Position numbers and translations under genes: made by a program
The notes under the pieces: model-generated
The model's input: only the letters and a program-made list of their open reading frames with translations
Told to the model about the DNA's origin: nothing
Databases searched by the model: none
Shown here: piece after piece, positions 27,108 through 36,602 of the stretch
How the letters are laid out: each line of letters opens with the position of its first letter
Position numbering within the stretch: the stretch's first letter is position 1
Virus record (IMG/VR): IMGVR_UViG_3300031520_000006
Location: 1 to 46,344 of that record
Direction: 5' to 3' (one strand)
Source of the DNA: a virus
Lineage: Duplodnaviria > Caudoviricetes
DNA length: 46,344 bases

Positions 27108-28139
27108 CTACTCTTCGCTCTCCTCAGGAGTGGTGATACCGTACATACTTTCTAGCTTTGTCCCATGTTTGTTTGTCGAACTCTTAAAGTGATCTAAGTA
27201 CCTGCCCGTATCGGTGCCGGTGCTGTGGCCCAGCTTCTCTTTGATCTCCGACACCTTTGCGCCTGCCTCCTCCATGTTCACCGCGAACGTGTGGCGCAAT
27301 AAGTGAAACTTGCTAGAGCCGCAGCGCTTTTTGCAGATGCCCTCTAACGCCTTCACACCGATGGGTTGCCCCTTTGTGCCATTGCGAGAAAGTGAGATCC
27401 AGAGCGGCGCTTGATGGGGCAAGATGCCTAGTTCTGAGCCGTACAGGGCTTGGAGGTAGTCTAGTAGAGCTGCCGAGGTTCCACCCTCTAAGACGTTGCT
27501 CGCCGACTTGCCTCCTTTGAGCCGGGGAAAGAACACTGTCACCCGCTCGCCCTGTCTGTTGGTGGCTGCCTTAATGGTGAGATGTCCATAATGGATACCG
27601 GCTATCTCCTGCGCACGTCGCCCAGTCTGGAGCGCTATCGAGAGAAGGGCATAATCGCGTTTGCCAACTAATGTTTTGCGATTGATCTTTTTCAGTACCG
27701 CTTCGACTTCTTTGGCCTCTAATGCCTCGGCACTGGCATACTCCTGCACTGTTGCGCGTTCAACCATTTCAATCGGGTTCTCACCTGGTAGCATCCGGTG
27801 CTTGTGTGCATAGGTATAGAAGCTGCTGATAGTCGCTAACCGCTGGTTATAGGTATTCTCTTTGACATCACCTTCGCGGCTCGCGCCTGGTGATCGCCTC
27901 GCGGCCCAACCTTGTGCGACGAGACTAATCTGCACCGGGTCTCGGTCGAGGTCTAAGCCAAAGCTTTGAAGCGTTACCCGAAAACTATCAAAGGTATCCT
28001 CGTATGCCTTGCGGGTCTTCTCAGATTTGGACTTGCGAAACTTCGCATCTAACCAGGCTGCCCGTATCTGGTCGATGCTGTAATTGTCTCCCTGATAGAG
28101 TTGTAGATCGTGCCCAAAACCCTCATTTTCCATTGCCAT
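27108..28139 (-). CDS. tyrosine recombinase, XerC/D-like
   Basis: RDYA..TGRR, LKGGK, HLLRH, LGH and RY catalytic set; no obvious arm-binding domain. Confidence 0.92.
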   Translation of the reverse strand: MAMENEGFGHDLQLYQGDNYSIDQIRAAWLDAKFRKSKSEKTRKAYEDTFDSFRVTLQSFGLDLDRDPVQISLVAQGWAARRSPGASREGDVKENTYNQRLATISSFYTYAHKHRMLPGENPIEMVERATVQEYASAEALEAKEVEAVLKKINRKTLVGKRDYALLSIALQTGRRAQEIAGIHYGHLTIKAATNRQGERVTVFFPRLKGGKSASNVLEGGTSAALLDYLQALYGSELGILPHQAPLWISLSRNGTKGQPIGVKALEGICKKRCGSSKFHLLRHTFAVNMEEAGAKVSEIKEKLGHSTGTDTGRYLDHFKSSTNKHGTKLESMYGITTPEESEE

Positions 28140-28160
28140 ACTCCCCCTCAAAATGATGCC

Positions 28161-28231
28161 AGAACTAACACATATATACGTGAACTAATGCATGTTAGTT
28201 CACCTATAGCGTACTTTCTGAGGGGTGTCAA
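28161..28231 (-). promoter_or_regulatory. recombinase promoter with palindromic site (candidate recombination/operator site)
   Basis: TTGACA-N17-TATAGG; GTGAACTAA-TGCATG-TTAGTTCAC (28180-28203) plus a third GAACTAA at 28162. Confidence 0.7.
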
Positions 28232-28248
28232 TCATCGTGAACATGGTC

Positions 28249-28605
28249 CTATTGATGGGGTTCGTGAAACACCAACTGCACTCCTGAATACCAGCAATCC
28301 TTACAGATCGCCGTCACGTTTCCTGTGCGTTGTCCCTGGTCCATCTCGTTCATTTCGTATGCATCGGCGTTATCGCAATACTCACAGTTCCTATCGGGAT
28401 TATCAAGCCACTCAACAACAGCATTGCCGTTATAGCAGTGGATCGCCTCAAGCACCTTCATGCTAGGATACTGTCCGGTGGTGCCATACTTAGGCCAGTA
28501 AACGGAGCATAGTCCACCAGGTATATGTTCAACGCCATTGAGGATGACACCAGTTCCTGAGATGCCTGTAACGTCCTGGCTCCTGTTCAATACAAATCTA
28601 CGCAT
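28249..28605 (-). CDS. conserved phage hypothetical protein
   Basis: RRFVLNR..DVTGISGTGV..GV pattern and C-terminal CxxC pair. Confidence 0.65.
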   Translation of the reverse strand: MRRFVLNRSQDVTGISGTGVILNGVEHIPGGLCSVYWPKYGTTGQYPSMKVLEAIHCYNGNAVVEWLDNPDRNCEYCDNADAYEMNEMDQGQRTGNVTAICKDCWYSGVQLVFHEPHQ

Positions 28606-28622
28606 GGTTGTTTCCTTACTTA

Positions 28623-28961
28623 CTACTTTACGAGAACCTGCCACACACCGAGATCAAACACCATGAGGCCATTGGGCAGTTGCGCATTCACGAAGAGATG
28701 ATAGTTGCCGGAGGTTGCGACATCGGCTGCCGCTAACTGGTACTGGATGGATGCGGGCGCATAGCCTGATGTGGCCGCAGGTTGGAGGTTTGCGAACGTG
28801 CCCGCACCTGCTGTATCCACTCCACTATCACTATTATGAACAGTCAGCGAAAAGTTCGCGGTGGTGAGTCCTGCTATGTTGAACTGTCCGCTATCGGGCA
28901 CCAGTTGTATCGTGAGGACTGGCGCGAGCTGTCCCACGTACCACGGTGTTATTGCCATCAA
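28623..28961 (-). CDS. BppU-N-like/Ig-like tail accessory protein
   Basis: IQYQLAAADVATSGNY motif. Confidence 0.55.
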   Translation of the reverse strand: MMAITPWYVGQLAPVLTIQLVPDSGQFNIAGLTTANFSLTVHNSDSGVDTAGAGTFANLQPAATSGYAPASIQYQLAAADVATSGNYHLFVNAQLPNGLMVFDLGVWQVLVK

Positions 28962-29209
28962 TGCCCCCTTCCTGCTGCTATTCCATCTCTCGTGTTGGCC
29001 TGCACACGTCCATCCCTTGCTGTTGCTCTGACCACTCCATCCCTTGCATACGCCCGCGCACGTCCATCTCTAGCGGTGGCTCGTGCTACTCCATCTCTGG
29101 CGAATGCCTGAACAAGAATCGCCTCACTGCTTGGTGTTGGTGCTGGTGGCGGCGTTGTGTTGAGAATGAGCGTGCTGCCGAATGCTCGTACGACGTAGGT
29201 TATACTCAT
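28958..29209 (-). CDS. small protein with 9-aa (A/T)RDG repeats
   Basis: ARDGVARAT-ARDGRARAY-ARDGVVRAT-ARDGRVQAN-TRDG; ATGA overlaps at both ends. Confidence 0.65.
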   Translation of the reverse strand: MSITYVVRAFGSTLILNTTPPPAPTPSSEAILVQAFARDGVARATARDGRARAYARDGVVRATARDGRVQANTRDGIAAGRGH

Positions 29210-30705
29210 CGGCATGGGTACCAAAGATTTGTTGCGGAGTCCCAAACGAAGTCGCGTGCTGCCGTCGCGGGGATCACGTCGCTAGCTCCATCGGCCACAT
29301 TGCTGCCTGTTGCTGCGAAGGTGACAGTAAACGCGCTCTCGTTGATGACCGTGACTTGATACGTCGTATTGCCTGGTACGAACGAGGGTGCTTGCAAAAG
29401 AATGCCAGTCACGTTGGCTGCTGCTGTAACACGCGCCACGCGCACGCCATTGGTGTAGATCGTGCCGCCTGTAGCAAGCGTTGCCACATTGCTCATGCCG
29501 ACGGTCTGTGCTCCAAAGAGTTGCAGCAGTGGACCGCCGATACAGAATAAGCCCTGCGTCTGTGGCGTATAGTCCGAAGCCAGTCCATTTTGAGGAATGA
29601 TGTAGACGCTGTTGTAGGTCTGTGGATTGCCGGTATAGACCTTGCCCGCGGTCTGATACGTTGGCGAGATGATGATATTGTTGCCACCATCAGCCGCGAA
29701 CCAGACGGTGCCGTTGGCTCCCTGGCACTGTGAGAACAGCACGGAGATATTGTTGCCGCCGCTGTACTGTGCCCCTGTTAAGACCTGACCTTCAAATGTC
29801 GCATCCGCGGCCTGTTGACCAAGTTTCAGTCCGGAGGCGGTAAGCGTGCCTGCTGCATAGATGTCGCCGCTCTTGATGACGTTCTGCCCGGCCAGCATCA
29901 CGACCTGGCATACCAGGCTGCCCTCACCCTCGAAATTGACGAACTGACAGAGCGACGCTTCGATGAGCCATGCCAGTGCAGTGCTGCCTTGTGGCCCCCA
30001 GCCGTGCGTTGTCGCACCTTGCAGCCCTGTCGCATTCGGCCCGACGTGGAAGGAATGGCTCGTATTCTGATAGGAGATGATAGCATCCCACTGGCTGTCA
30101 TGCGGGCCTGCCATTCGTATGCCTGCGCCCCCGCAGCCATGCACCTTGATATCACTCCACACGGCTTCCATAGAGTCCTGGCCGGGCGAATTGCTGCCAC
30201 CATTCCAGTCGCTATAAATGCCATCGGAATAGCAGTTATAGATTCTCAGGTTTTGCAGCAGGTAGCCATAGCCATAGACACGTATACCGTAGCTGGCCGC
30301 TGTTTGATTGGCCTTGTTGCCATCAATGCTGAGATTGCTGATAGACCAGTTATAGTTGCCTCCAACTAAGCCAGTCCCGTAGGCCGCCGCGATATTCACC
30401 ATCTGGCCTGTATAGCCGTTGACGGTGCCATAAAAGCAGTCCTGGTTGGCTCCATTCTTGAGTTGGAGGATGGTCGCGCTATAACCTGAGCCGAGAATGT
30501 GGACCTTGTTATACACAGGAAGACCGGAATGAATGAAGGTGCCTGGCCCAAGAAATACGACTCCCCCGCCATTTGCGTTCGCCGCTGCCTGTGCCGCCCG
30601 AATCGCGGTTGTACTATCTATGCCTGTGCCATTGTCAGGTTGTGCTCCATAGTCCGCGGCGTTCACAAAAATGGGCGCACGCATCTGCGCAACGTTGACT
30701 GGCAT
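29206..30705 (-). CDS. tail fibre/tailspike with pectate-lyase-like beta-helix
   Basis: VNAADYGA..D...DST.AI.AA..GGGVVFLGPGTF and NLSIDGNKANQ motifs. Confidence 0.85.
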   Translation of the reverse strand: MPVNVAQMRAPIFVNAADYGAQPDNGTGIDSTTAIRAAQAAANANGGGVVFLGPGTFIHSGLPVYNKVHILGSGYSATILQLKNGANQDCFYGTVNGYTGQMVNIAAAYGTGLVGGNYNWSISNLSIDGNKANQTAASYGIRVYGYGYLLQNLRIYNCYSDGIYSDWNGGSNSPGQDSMEAVWSDIKVHGCGGAGIRMAGPHDSQWDAIISYQNTSHSFHVGPNATGLQGATTHGWGPQGSTALAWLIEASLCQFVNFEGEGSLVCQVVMLAGQNVIKSGDIYAAGTLTASGLKLGQQAADATFEGQVLTGAQYSGGNNISVLFSQCQGANGTVWFAADGGNNIIISPTYQTAGKVYTGNPQTYNSVYIIPQNGLASDYTPQTQGLFCIGGPLLQLFGAQTVGMSNVATLATGGTIYTNGVRVARVTAAANVTGILLQAPSFVPGNTTYQVTVINESAFTVTFAATGSNVADGASDVIPATAARDFVWDSATNLWYPCR

Positions 30706-31172
30706 TAGATCGCGCCTCCGACCAGAATGTAATTCGTGCTGGGCGCGACGGCGTTGATCGGTGTCGCGGCGACTGTATAGAGATGCAGCGACGAGCATTG
30801 CTTGGGGAAGGAATAGATCCCTGCCCCCGGTGGCAACTGAAACACCTTTGAGCCTGCGACCGTTGTGGAGGTATCGAAGCTATACCAGAGCATGCCTGAT
30901 GAATAATTGACCAGCGTTTCGCGCTGTGAGCCATTGGTGAAGGTGATGACAGTATCAGCTCCCGCGTTCGTGTTGGCGGGAATGGAGGTGATCGCAGCAT
31001 AGCCAGCCGTCTCGATATCGCCCGTATACAGTCCCAAAAATGGCACGCTGTTGGCATCAGTGCCGCGTTGAAACCCCTGTGTCGCCTCAAGTCCCACGTT
31101 GGGAACCAGGCCGCTTCCGACCGGAATGCCGTTGACATCAGTTGGCGATGCATAGCTATAGGTTCCTGGCAT
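30705..31172 (-). CDS. putative virion protein
   Basis: 155 aa, TAATG overlap with the fibre gene. Confidence 0.65.
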   Translation of the reverse strand: MPGTYSYASPTDVNGIPVGSGLVPNVGLEATQGFQRGTDANSVPFLGLYTGDIETAGYAAITSIPANTNAGADTVITFTNGSQRETLVNYSSGMLWYSFDTSTTVAGSKVFQLPPGAGIYSFPKQCSSLHLYTVAATPINAVAPSTNYILVGGAI

Positions 31173-31175
31173 TGC

Positions 31176-31409
31176 TTAGGCTGCTCTCTTCATAGTGGCC
31201 TTACATTGGCAGCGAGAGTGGCTACTTCCCAGGAAGGCTCGTCTGCATCGTCCACATCGAGCAAGTGATTGCACCATGAGGTACATCTTGAGTGAGTGAG
31301 GCATGCGGTTGCCGCGCCTGAACGAGCGTTCCGCACTGCGGCGCTGCGCACGATTGGGGCCTGGTTCTGATTTCTTCTTCTCCAGATCAGGGGTCTCAGT
31401 GGGTATCAT
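31176..31409 (-). CDS. small basic Cys-containing protein
   Basis: NRAQRR motif, CGRC...CQC; first ORF of the late operon. Confidence 0.5.
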   Translation of the reverse strand: MIPTETPDLEKKKSEPGPNRAQRRSAERSFRRGNRMPHSLKMYLMVQSLARCGRCRRAFLGSSHSRCQCKATMKRAA

Positions 31410-31679
31410 ACGTTATTTCACCTACGCAAAAATAAGGGGCGAGTTATCGGCAAGGTGCGCGAACTGTGGGGGTATGGTCAGCGAGCCTTGCGCGATAAGC
31501 TCGTGTCAGTGGATGATGGGAGCCTGCTACTATAGCTCGAAGGGTAGCGGAAGTATTCCTCTTGTCTCCTGTGGGGAATAGCCTCAAATGAGGGACTGCG
31601 GTAGTGCCAGGCGACACGCAAATCTACCTATATCTAGTATAACAGATACACAATAATCTCTGCGTAGAGGATCAACAGA

Positions 31680-31738
31680 ATCTTCCTTTCCGAACTGCTG
31701 ACCGAAGGTAGAACGCTAGTTCGTTGCAGATCGGAATA
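31680..31738. repeat. structured ~57-bp element, copy 2
   Basis: TCTTCCTTTCCGAACTGCTGACCGAAGGTAGAACGCTAGTTCGTTGCAGATCGGAAT. Confidence 0.75.
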
Positions 31739-31772
31739 CGGAGTGGTGGATAGATGTGTAAAGCTGTTCTTT

Positions 31773-32783
31773 CTACTCTGTGAAGAACTCATTGAGTACG
31801 TCAATGATGAAAAGCTTCAATTTATTAAACCGATCAGCTAATTCTTCCGTCGCCTCGACCTGCAAATTCTCGCCGTAGACGAAGGCCACCTGAACTGTGC
31901 CATCTGGATTATACCTAATATTAGGCAATGCAAACTCAACATATTCTTGATGAGCAAGTCTATTTCTTTCGGTAGGTTTGCCCTGACCTACAAGTTGCGT
32001 ATTGAGATAGGTGCGGTGTCGGTTTATCACCTCGATAAGATGTTGAGCACGTTTGCCATCTCTGTGCTTTTTTTCCAAATGCTCTATAAACTTGTAGAGA
32101 TTCGGATCGTTATTTTTGATTTGAAAATAATACTTGAGAAAGTAGGTCAAGCGATCCAACGTTGCACGACTGAGCAATACAAACCCTTCGTACTCAGCAT
32201 TTAATACACCTGGTCCTACACCAAAAACTCCACTACGAGATGGTTTTACATCACCTACTATAGCAGTACCATGTATTTTCACCTCATTTGCTAAAAGCAA
32301 GAACTGTCGTAAAAAGTACAGTGAACTCCGTAATCCCTCTTGAACCCCCATCATAAGAAGGTTATAAAAGTAGTCATTATTGTTAAAAGGTTCGTCTCGA
32401 TGCTGCACTTCATAAAAAGGACTCCTCACATCCTTATCTGCATATATGCGCCCTACCATCGAGAATACTTCTTCAATATCATCAGGGAGCTTTACCGTGA
32501 GTAAGGAATGCAGTGCTCGTGATGCTGGATGATCTGACATTCGTAAGCTTTCCCCATACCATCTCAATCTTTCCGGTACTGCTTCATTGGTAGGTTCCCA
32601 CTGTCCAGGTTGAGTACCGCGTCGGTAGACAGGAGCAGTAGCAGCATAAAAAGTTGAGCCATTTGCATCAAAGGTATTGAGTTGCACTTCTGTCGGAGAG
32701 ATACGATTTACGACAAAGTAGAGTTGAAATGAGCCGTCAGTCTGATGCAGACGAACGGCATCACCCACTGCAATCTCTCGCAT
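31773..32783 (-). CDS. HEPN (Cthe_2314-like) protein with N-terminal beta domain
   Basis: RATLDRLTYFL helix and RNRLAH (RxxxxH) motif; AT-richer than the core genes. Confidence 0.7.
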   Translation of the reverse strand: MREIAVGDAVRLHQTDGSFQLYFVVNRISPTEVQLNTFDANGSTFYAATAPVYRRGTQPGQWEPTNEAVPERLRWYGESLRMSDHPASRALHSLLTVKLPDDIEEVFSMVGRIYADKDVRSPFYEVQHRDEPFNNNDYFYNLLMMGVQEGLRSSLYFLRQFLLLANEVKIHGTAIVGDVKPSRSGVFGVGPGVLNAEYEGFVLLSRATLDRLTYFLKYYFQIKNNDPNLYKFIEHLEKKHRDGKRAQHLIEVINRHRTYLNTQLVGQGKPTERNRLAHQEYVEFALPNIRYNPDGTVQVAFVYGENLQVEATEELADRFNKLKLFIIDVLNEFFTE

Positions 32784-32988
32784 CAGTAAGTCCTTTCTCA
32801 TCTCCGCAATGGAACAAAATTTCTTACCCAATTATACCATGTCTCTCAAGTTCTAACTGACTGCTCTTCATGTGATCCACCAGCTAAGTTCGCCACTTGG
32901 GTGAGGTTATGCGTCAGTAAGAACCAAAGGTTTGCCGCTTCTCACTACTAGAGGTAAAGATAGCGAACGTGTCATATAACGCAAGTAA

Positions 32989-33951
32989 TTAGGGGTGTAT
33001 TGCTCTGTTGGGCATAATTACATCCTGGTATCCTTTAGCTGTTTTCAGTTGTTCGTCAGTAACTCCAGTTCCGGTGAGGTTAGCTCCGCTAATATTGGCA
33101 TATCTTAGGTAAGTTTTGTGAAGATTGGCTCCCATGAGATTGGCTCCCATGAGATCGGCTCCCGTGAAATTAGCCTCGGTAAGGTTGGCTCCACTAAGAT
33201 TGGCTATGTTTAGGTCTGCCTTGATAAGGTAACTTCCCGTGAGGTTAGCTCCACTAAGATTGGCCCTGGTGAGATCAACTCCGTCGAGGTTGGCTTTGCT
33301 GATTTCAGCTTTGCTGAGATTAATGCTACTGAGGTAAGCTCGGCTAAGATCGGCTTCTGCCAAATCAACAATACACTTGTCTTTATCTAGGAGACTGGAC
33401 TCATACAGAAATTGAAGAATACTTCTTTTCTGCACGCTATTTAAGCGAGGAAGTACCGTTAACGTGCGTGCTCGTGCGATCTTGCGTATCTCATCATCCT
33501 TTGCGGACTTACGCAATTTTTTCTCAAGGAGCAGTTCCGACATTTTATCTATGTACTCTTGTAATACCGCTGCTCCCTGGTTATACTCAGCTATTTCTCG
33601 CTCGACCTTGGCGCGTTGTTGTGCGCTTCTTTCCTCATTCTTAGCCCGTTGTTGTGCGCTTCTTTCCTCTCTATTCTTTTGGATTTGATTAAGCCAAAAT
33701 CCGCCAATGGCGAGCAAAATAGGAACTAGAAGAAGTTGCATCCAATCCCAAAGGGTTTTTGCTCGTTGGAAGTTGTTATCTTTAGTCGGAGGAATATATG
33801 AGCCAAACCCTGTCCAATCCCAATTAAAAAAGTAGCCAGCGATAGCGGCCACAAGTAGTACAATCCCTAACAAGCCTGCTCCAATGATGACAACTAACCT
33901 CAGCGGACGTTGTTGTATTTTCTGCCGCCATGAGCGAAACCTTACTTTCAT
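32989..33951 (-). CDS. membrane-anchored pentapeptide-repeat protein
   Basis: Two TM segments, KTLWDWMQLL, and tandem A(N/D)LxG repeats. Confidence 0.9.
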   Translation of the reverse strand: MKVRFRSWRQKIQQRPLRLVVIIGAGLLGIVLLVAAIAGYFFNWDWTGFGSYIPPTKDNNFQRAKTLWDWMQLLLVPILLAIGGFWLNQIQKNREERSAQQRAKNEERSAQQRAKVEREIAEYNQGAAVLQEYIDKMSELLLEKKLRKSAKDDEIRKIARARTLTVLPRLNSVQKRSILQFLYESSLLDKDKCIVDLAEADLSRAYLSSINLSKAEISKANLDGVDLTRANLSGANLTGSYLIKADLNIANLSGANLTEANFTGADLMGANLMGANLHKTYLRYANISGANLTGTGVTDEQLKTAKGYQDVIMPNRAIHP

Positions 33952-34051
33952 CACATCACCTCTCTTCCTAGGTACTGTTTGCCACAAAAAAATAGTCCCT
34001 CATCCCTATGTAAGGCCATTCTTACACAGAGATGAAGGACCATCCTCTACC

Positions 34052-34885
34052 TCAAGAAGTTATTACTGGAGGAGCCGACAATTTCGGACCTTGTTTCTTC
34101 TGAGCATTCAGTTCTTTCAGGTCAAGAGGTGGTTCCCCAGGGATCTCTTCTGTTGCCACATGAATCCATTGGTGTTGAAGAGTGTAATGAAAAATGCTTA
34201 TGTGCTTCTTGCTGAAAAGATCATGATATGTAATGTTCAGACATGCGATACGATACACCCATGGATTTGTTGGTGAGTCTAGTGATCTATCGTAGAGTGG
34301 GTGCTTTCCATCAACAGAGTCACCATGGACTAATTGTAGCTCTGATGAGTGAGCAAGAAGTATATCGATTGTACCCTTTTCCTCAATAGGGCCATTATCC
34401 CATGAAACAAACTGACTCTGGCATGTATCTTCATAGCCATAGAGGATAGCATGGACATTAAACGCCGGACCATTTCCCATGTTATGCACATTGATTCTTA
34501 TTTCGTGCTGCCAACTCCAATCAACCCTGCCGTCTGAGGCGTAGAGGGTTTCATCTGGCTGCCCTGTTTCCAGAGAAAAATTTGTTACCGCATTTCCACA
34601 AACCTCTTTCCTGGGAACCATAATGGGGCGACTTTGGTGTTGACGCTCTTCTGTAGCGAGGCGACGACTTTCCTCGATCTGCTTGCGAACTTGAAGGTCA
34701 CTCGCTTCTAGTTGTTCCTTCAGTTGCTTATTGCTTGCGTCTATTTGGTCTTTTACCTGCCTATCACTTGACTGAATCTGTCTGTTATTGGCGCGTAGAG
34801 AAGCAATTACCGCCCATATCGCCACACCTGCTACAAGGAGTTGCGCTATGACGTTTCCAATACCAATCCAATCAGTTGTGTTCAT
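34052..34885 (-). CDS. membrane-anchored hypothetical protein
   Basis: N-terminal TM, coiled coil and N.GNGPAFNV motif. Confidence 0.75.
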   Translation of the reverse strand: MNTTDWIGIGNVIAQLLVAGVAIWAVIASLRANNRQIQSSDRQVKDQIDASNKQLKEQLEASDLQVRKQIEESRRLATEERQHQSRPIMVPRKEVCGNAVTNFSLETGQPDETLYASDGRVDWSWQHEIRINVHNMGNGPAFNVHAILYGYEDTCQSQFVSWDNGPIEEKGTIDILLAHSSELQLVHGDSVDGKHPLYDRSLDSPTNPWVYRIACLNITYHDLFSKKHISIFHYTLQHQWIHVATEEIPGEPPLDLKELNAQKKQGPKLSAPPVITS

Positions 34886-35056
34886 TGCTATTCCTTTTCA
34901 GTCTCACGCTTCACGTTCGTCTCATCGGATACTACTATACGGCATACCTCGTGTGCTTTAAGAACATACGGATTTCCCTTACCTTGTATTACGTGATACA
35001 TATTGATATATAACGATATATAAGGATACATCCCAAAATGGCTACTTCTCCCTTAA

Positions 35057-35365
35057 TCACAACACTACGCACTCCAACCCTGACCGCTTCAGCCTCTTCA
35101 TCCAGCGATCCACCTGTTTCCGCGCCTCAACACGCATCGCTCGCTGAAAGATATAACATGGCTGCCCGACTTCACGCAGCAGCTCCTCGGCACACAGCGG
35201 CTCAACAATGAACCTGACAAGAACGATATTCCCGCGAATAAGCACCTCGGCCTTCACAACGCAGGGATTGTACTCCATGCACTCCTCAACGCACGTATGC
35301 GGGTCCTGCCCATCCCACATCTCATGCTTGATAGCAAGTCGGGCCGCCTCATCTGCTCGTATCAT
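35057..35365 (-). CDS. hypothetical protein
   Basis: 102 aa, AGGGGG RBS, upstream TGgTATACT. Confidence 0.6.
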   Translation of the reverse strand: MIRADEAARLAIKHEMWDGQDPHTCVEECMEYNPCVVKAEVLIRGNIVLVRFIVEPLCAEELLREVGQPCYIFQRAMRVEARKQVDRWMKRLKRSGLECVVL

Positions 35366-35472
35366 GGTTCTCTACCCCCTATTTGAGATAGTCGTCAGTA
35401 TACCATGCTCACAGCAGAGTAGCATTATGCTTATAGCGCGTGAAGCAAGCGTAGAAGATATGCTAAGCGTTG

Positions 35473-35994
35473 TTACTCGCTCTTGAACTCTCCCTCAATG
35501 ATGCTGCCAGTCCCGATCTGCTTTCTCTGCCGAGGTAGACTTTCTAGCCCTGGAAGAAATGGCGGCATGACACCCGTTTTATAATGTTCCTCCAATTGTG
35601 GCTCCAGCCATTGCTTCACCGTTTGATTATTCGCCATGACGGTGTACGGCATCAGTTCGTCTTCAATGGTGACGATCCCGGACTGGACCGCCTCTAACTT
35701 CGACTTAATCAGCATCACGAGCGCACGCCACAATCGTTTGACTTCCTGCTCTTGCGCTTGTTCTTGCTGTGCCACTGTACGAACTCCCCCGTTTTTCATC
35801 CGCTTGAAGTTCTCTGGAGGTGGATGCTCAATCTCGATGCGGTATCGCCGCTTCTTGATCTCAAAGGCGACCGCTTCTCTACTGCCCTGCATCCCGTACA
35901 TAAAGCCAGTTGCATGGTATCGCTTCAGAGTCTTCTCAATCTCCTCACGAGATCGAGCAACACTTACGTTTGTCCCTTCCGCATATTTTGCCAT
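35473..35994 (-). CDS. conserved phage hypothetical protein
   Basis: YAEGTNVSVARSREEIE..WRAL..IKSKLEAV.SGI pattern. Confidence 0.75.
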   Translation of the reverse strand: MAKYAEGTNVSVARSREEIEKTLKRYHATGFMYGMQGSREAVAFEIKKRRYRIEIEHPPPENFKRMKNGGVRTVAQQEQAQEQEVKRLWRALVMLIKSKLEAVQSGIVTIEDELMPYTVMANNQTVKQWLEPQLEEHYKTGVMPPFLPGLESLPRQRKQIGTGSIIEGEFKSE

Positions 35995-36066
35995 TGCCCC
36001 TACCCTCTTTCGTTCGTTGCGCCGACATGGGCGAGATACTCACCTCGCCCACGTGGGCGAGCTGCT

Positions 36067-36240
36067 CTACACCTGCTGATGATCCTGCTTCTTGTCGGCC
36101 GCCACAATCGCGTTGATCGTCGTCCCGCACTCCGAGCACTTGCCACGCATCGCGGGCTTGCCGTTCTTCATGGTGACGCGCTGAGCATCCTTCATAGGCT
36201 TCTTGGTTTTGCATTTCACACAATAGTACAGGTTTTCCAT
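36067..36240 (-). CDS. DUF5679-like zinc-ribbon protein (57 aa, not in the ORF track)
   Basis: MENLYYCVKCKTKKPMKDAQRVTMKNGKPAMRGKCSECGT; AAGGAAG RBS. Confidence 0.8.
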   Translation of the reverse strand: MENLYYCVKCKTKKPMKDAQRVTMKNGKPAMRGKCSECGTTINAIVAADKKQDHQQV

Positions 36241-36257
36241 AATTGTTGCTTCCTTTC

Positions 36258-36602
36258 TTACTTCCCATCATTCGTGATGGGTCTATCATCCATAATCCGT
36301 ACCAGGTGCCCTTCACACCTTCCATGATTGCACTCCCGATAGATCAGGTTGACAACCCGCAGCGTCGAGGTGTCGAGCATCGTCACAATCCAGAGCGTGA
36401 TGATCTCCGCCTCATCCTCTGGATTGAAGACATGCAGGCTGAACGTCGAGCTGACACGCAGCAGCTCACCGGATTCCCGCTTGAGCATCTCCCGCATCGC
36501 AAGGTCCGAGAAATACGCCGATCTCTTCAGGTAGTGCCGCGCCTCAATGCTCTCCACAACTTGAAGCGCCTGGTCCAGCACATCGCCCATATCACCGTTC
36601 AT
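36258..36602 (-). CDS. hypothetical protein
   Basis: ATGA overlap with the exonuclease gene. Confidence 0.65.
   Translation of the reverse strand: MNGDMGDVLDQALQVVESIEARHYLKRSAYFSDLAMREMLKRESGELLRVSSTFSLHVFNPEDEAEIITLWIVTMLDTSTLRVVNLIYRECNHGRCEGHLVRIMDDRPITNDGK

Noticed and set aside
34909-34918. 10-nt match to the 5' end of spacer 1 (TTCACGTTCG) upstream of a gene
   Set aside because: About one such hit is expected by chance for 10 spacers across both strands of 46 kb.
35945-36325. 126-aa track ORF
   Set aside because: A different frame (36067-36240) has an RBS and a clear DUF5679-like zinc ribbon.
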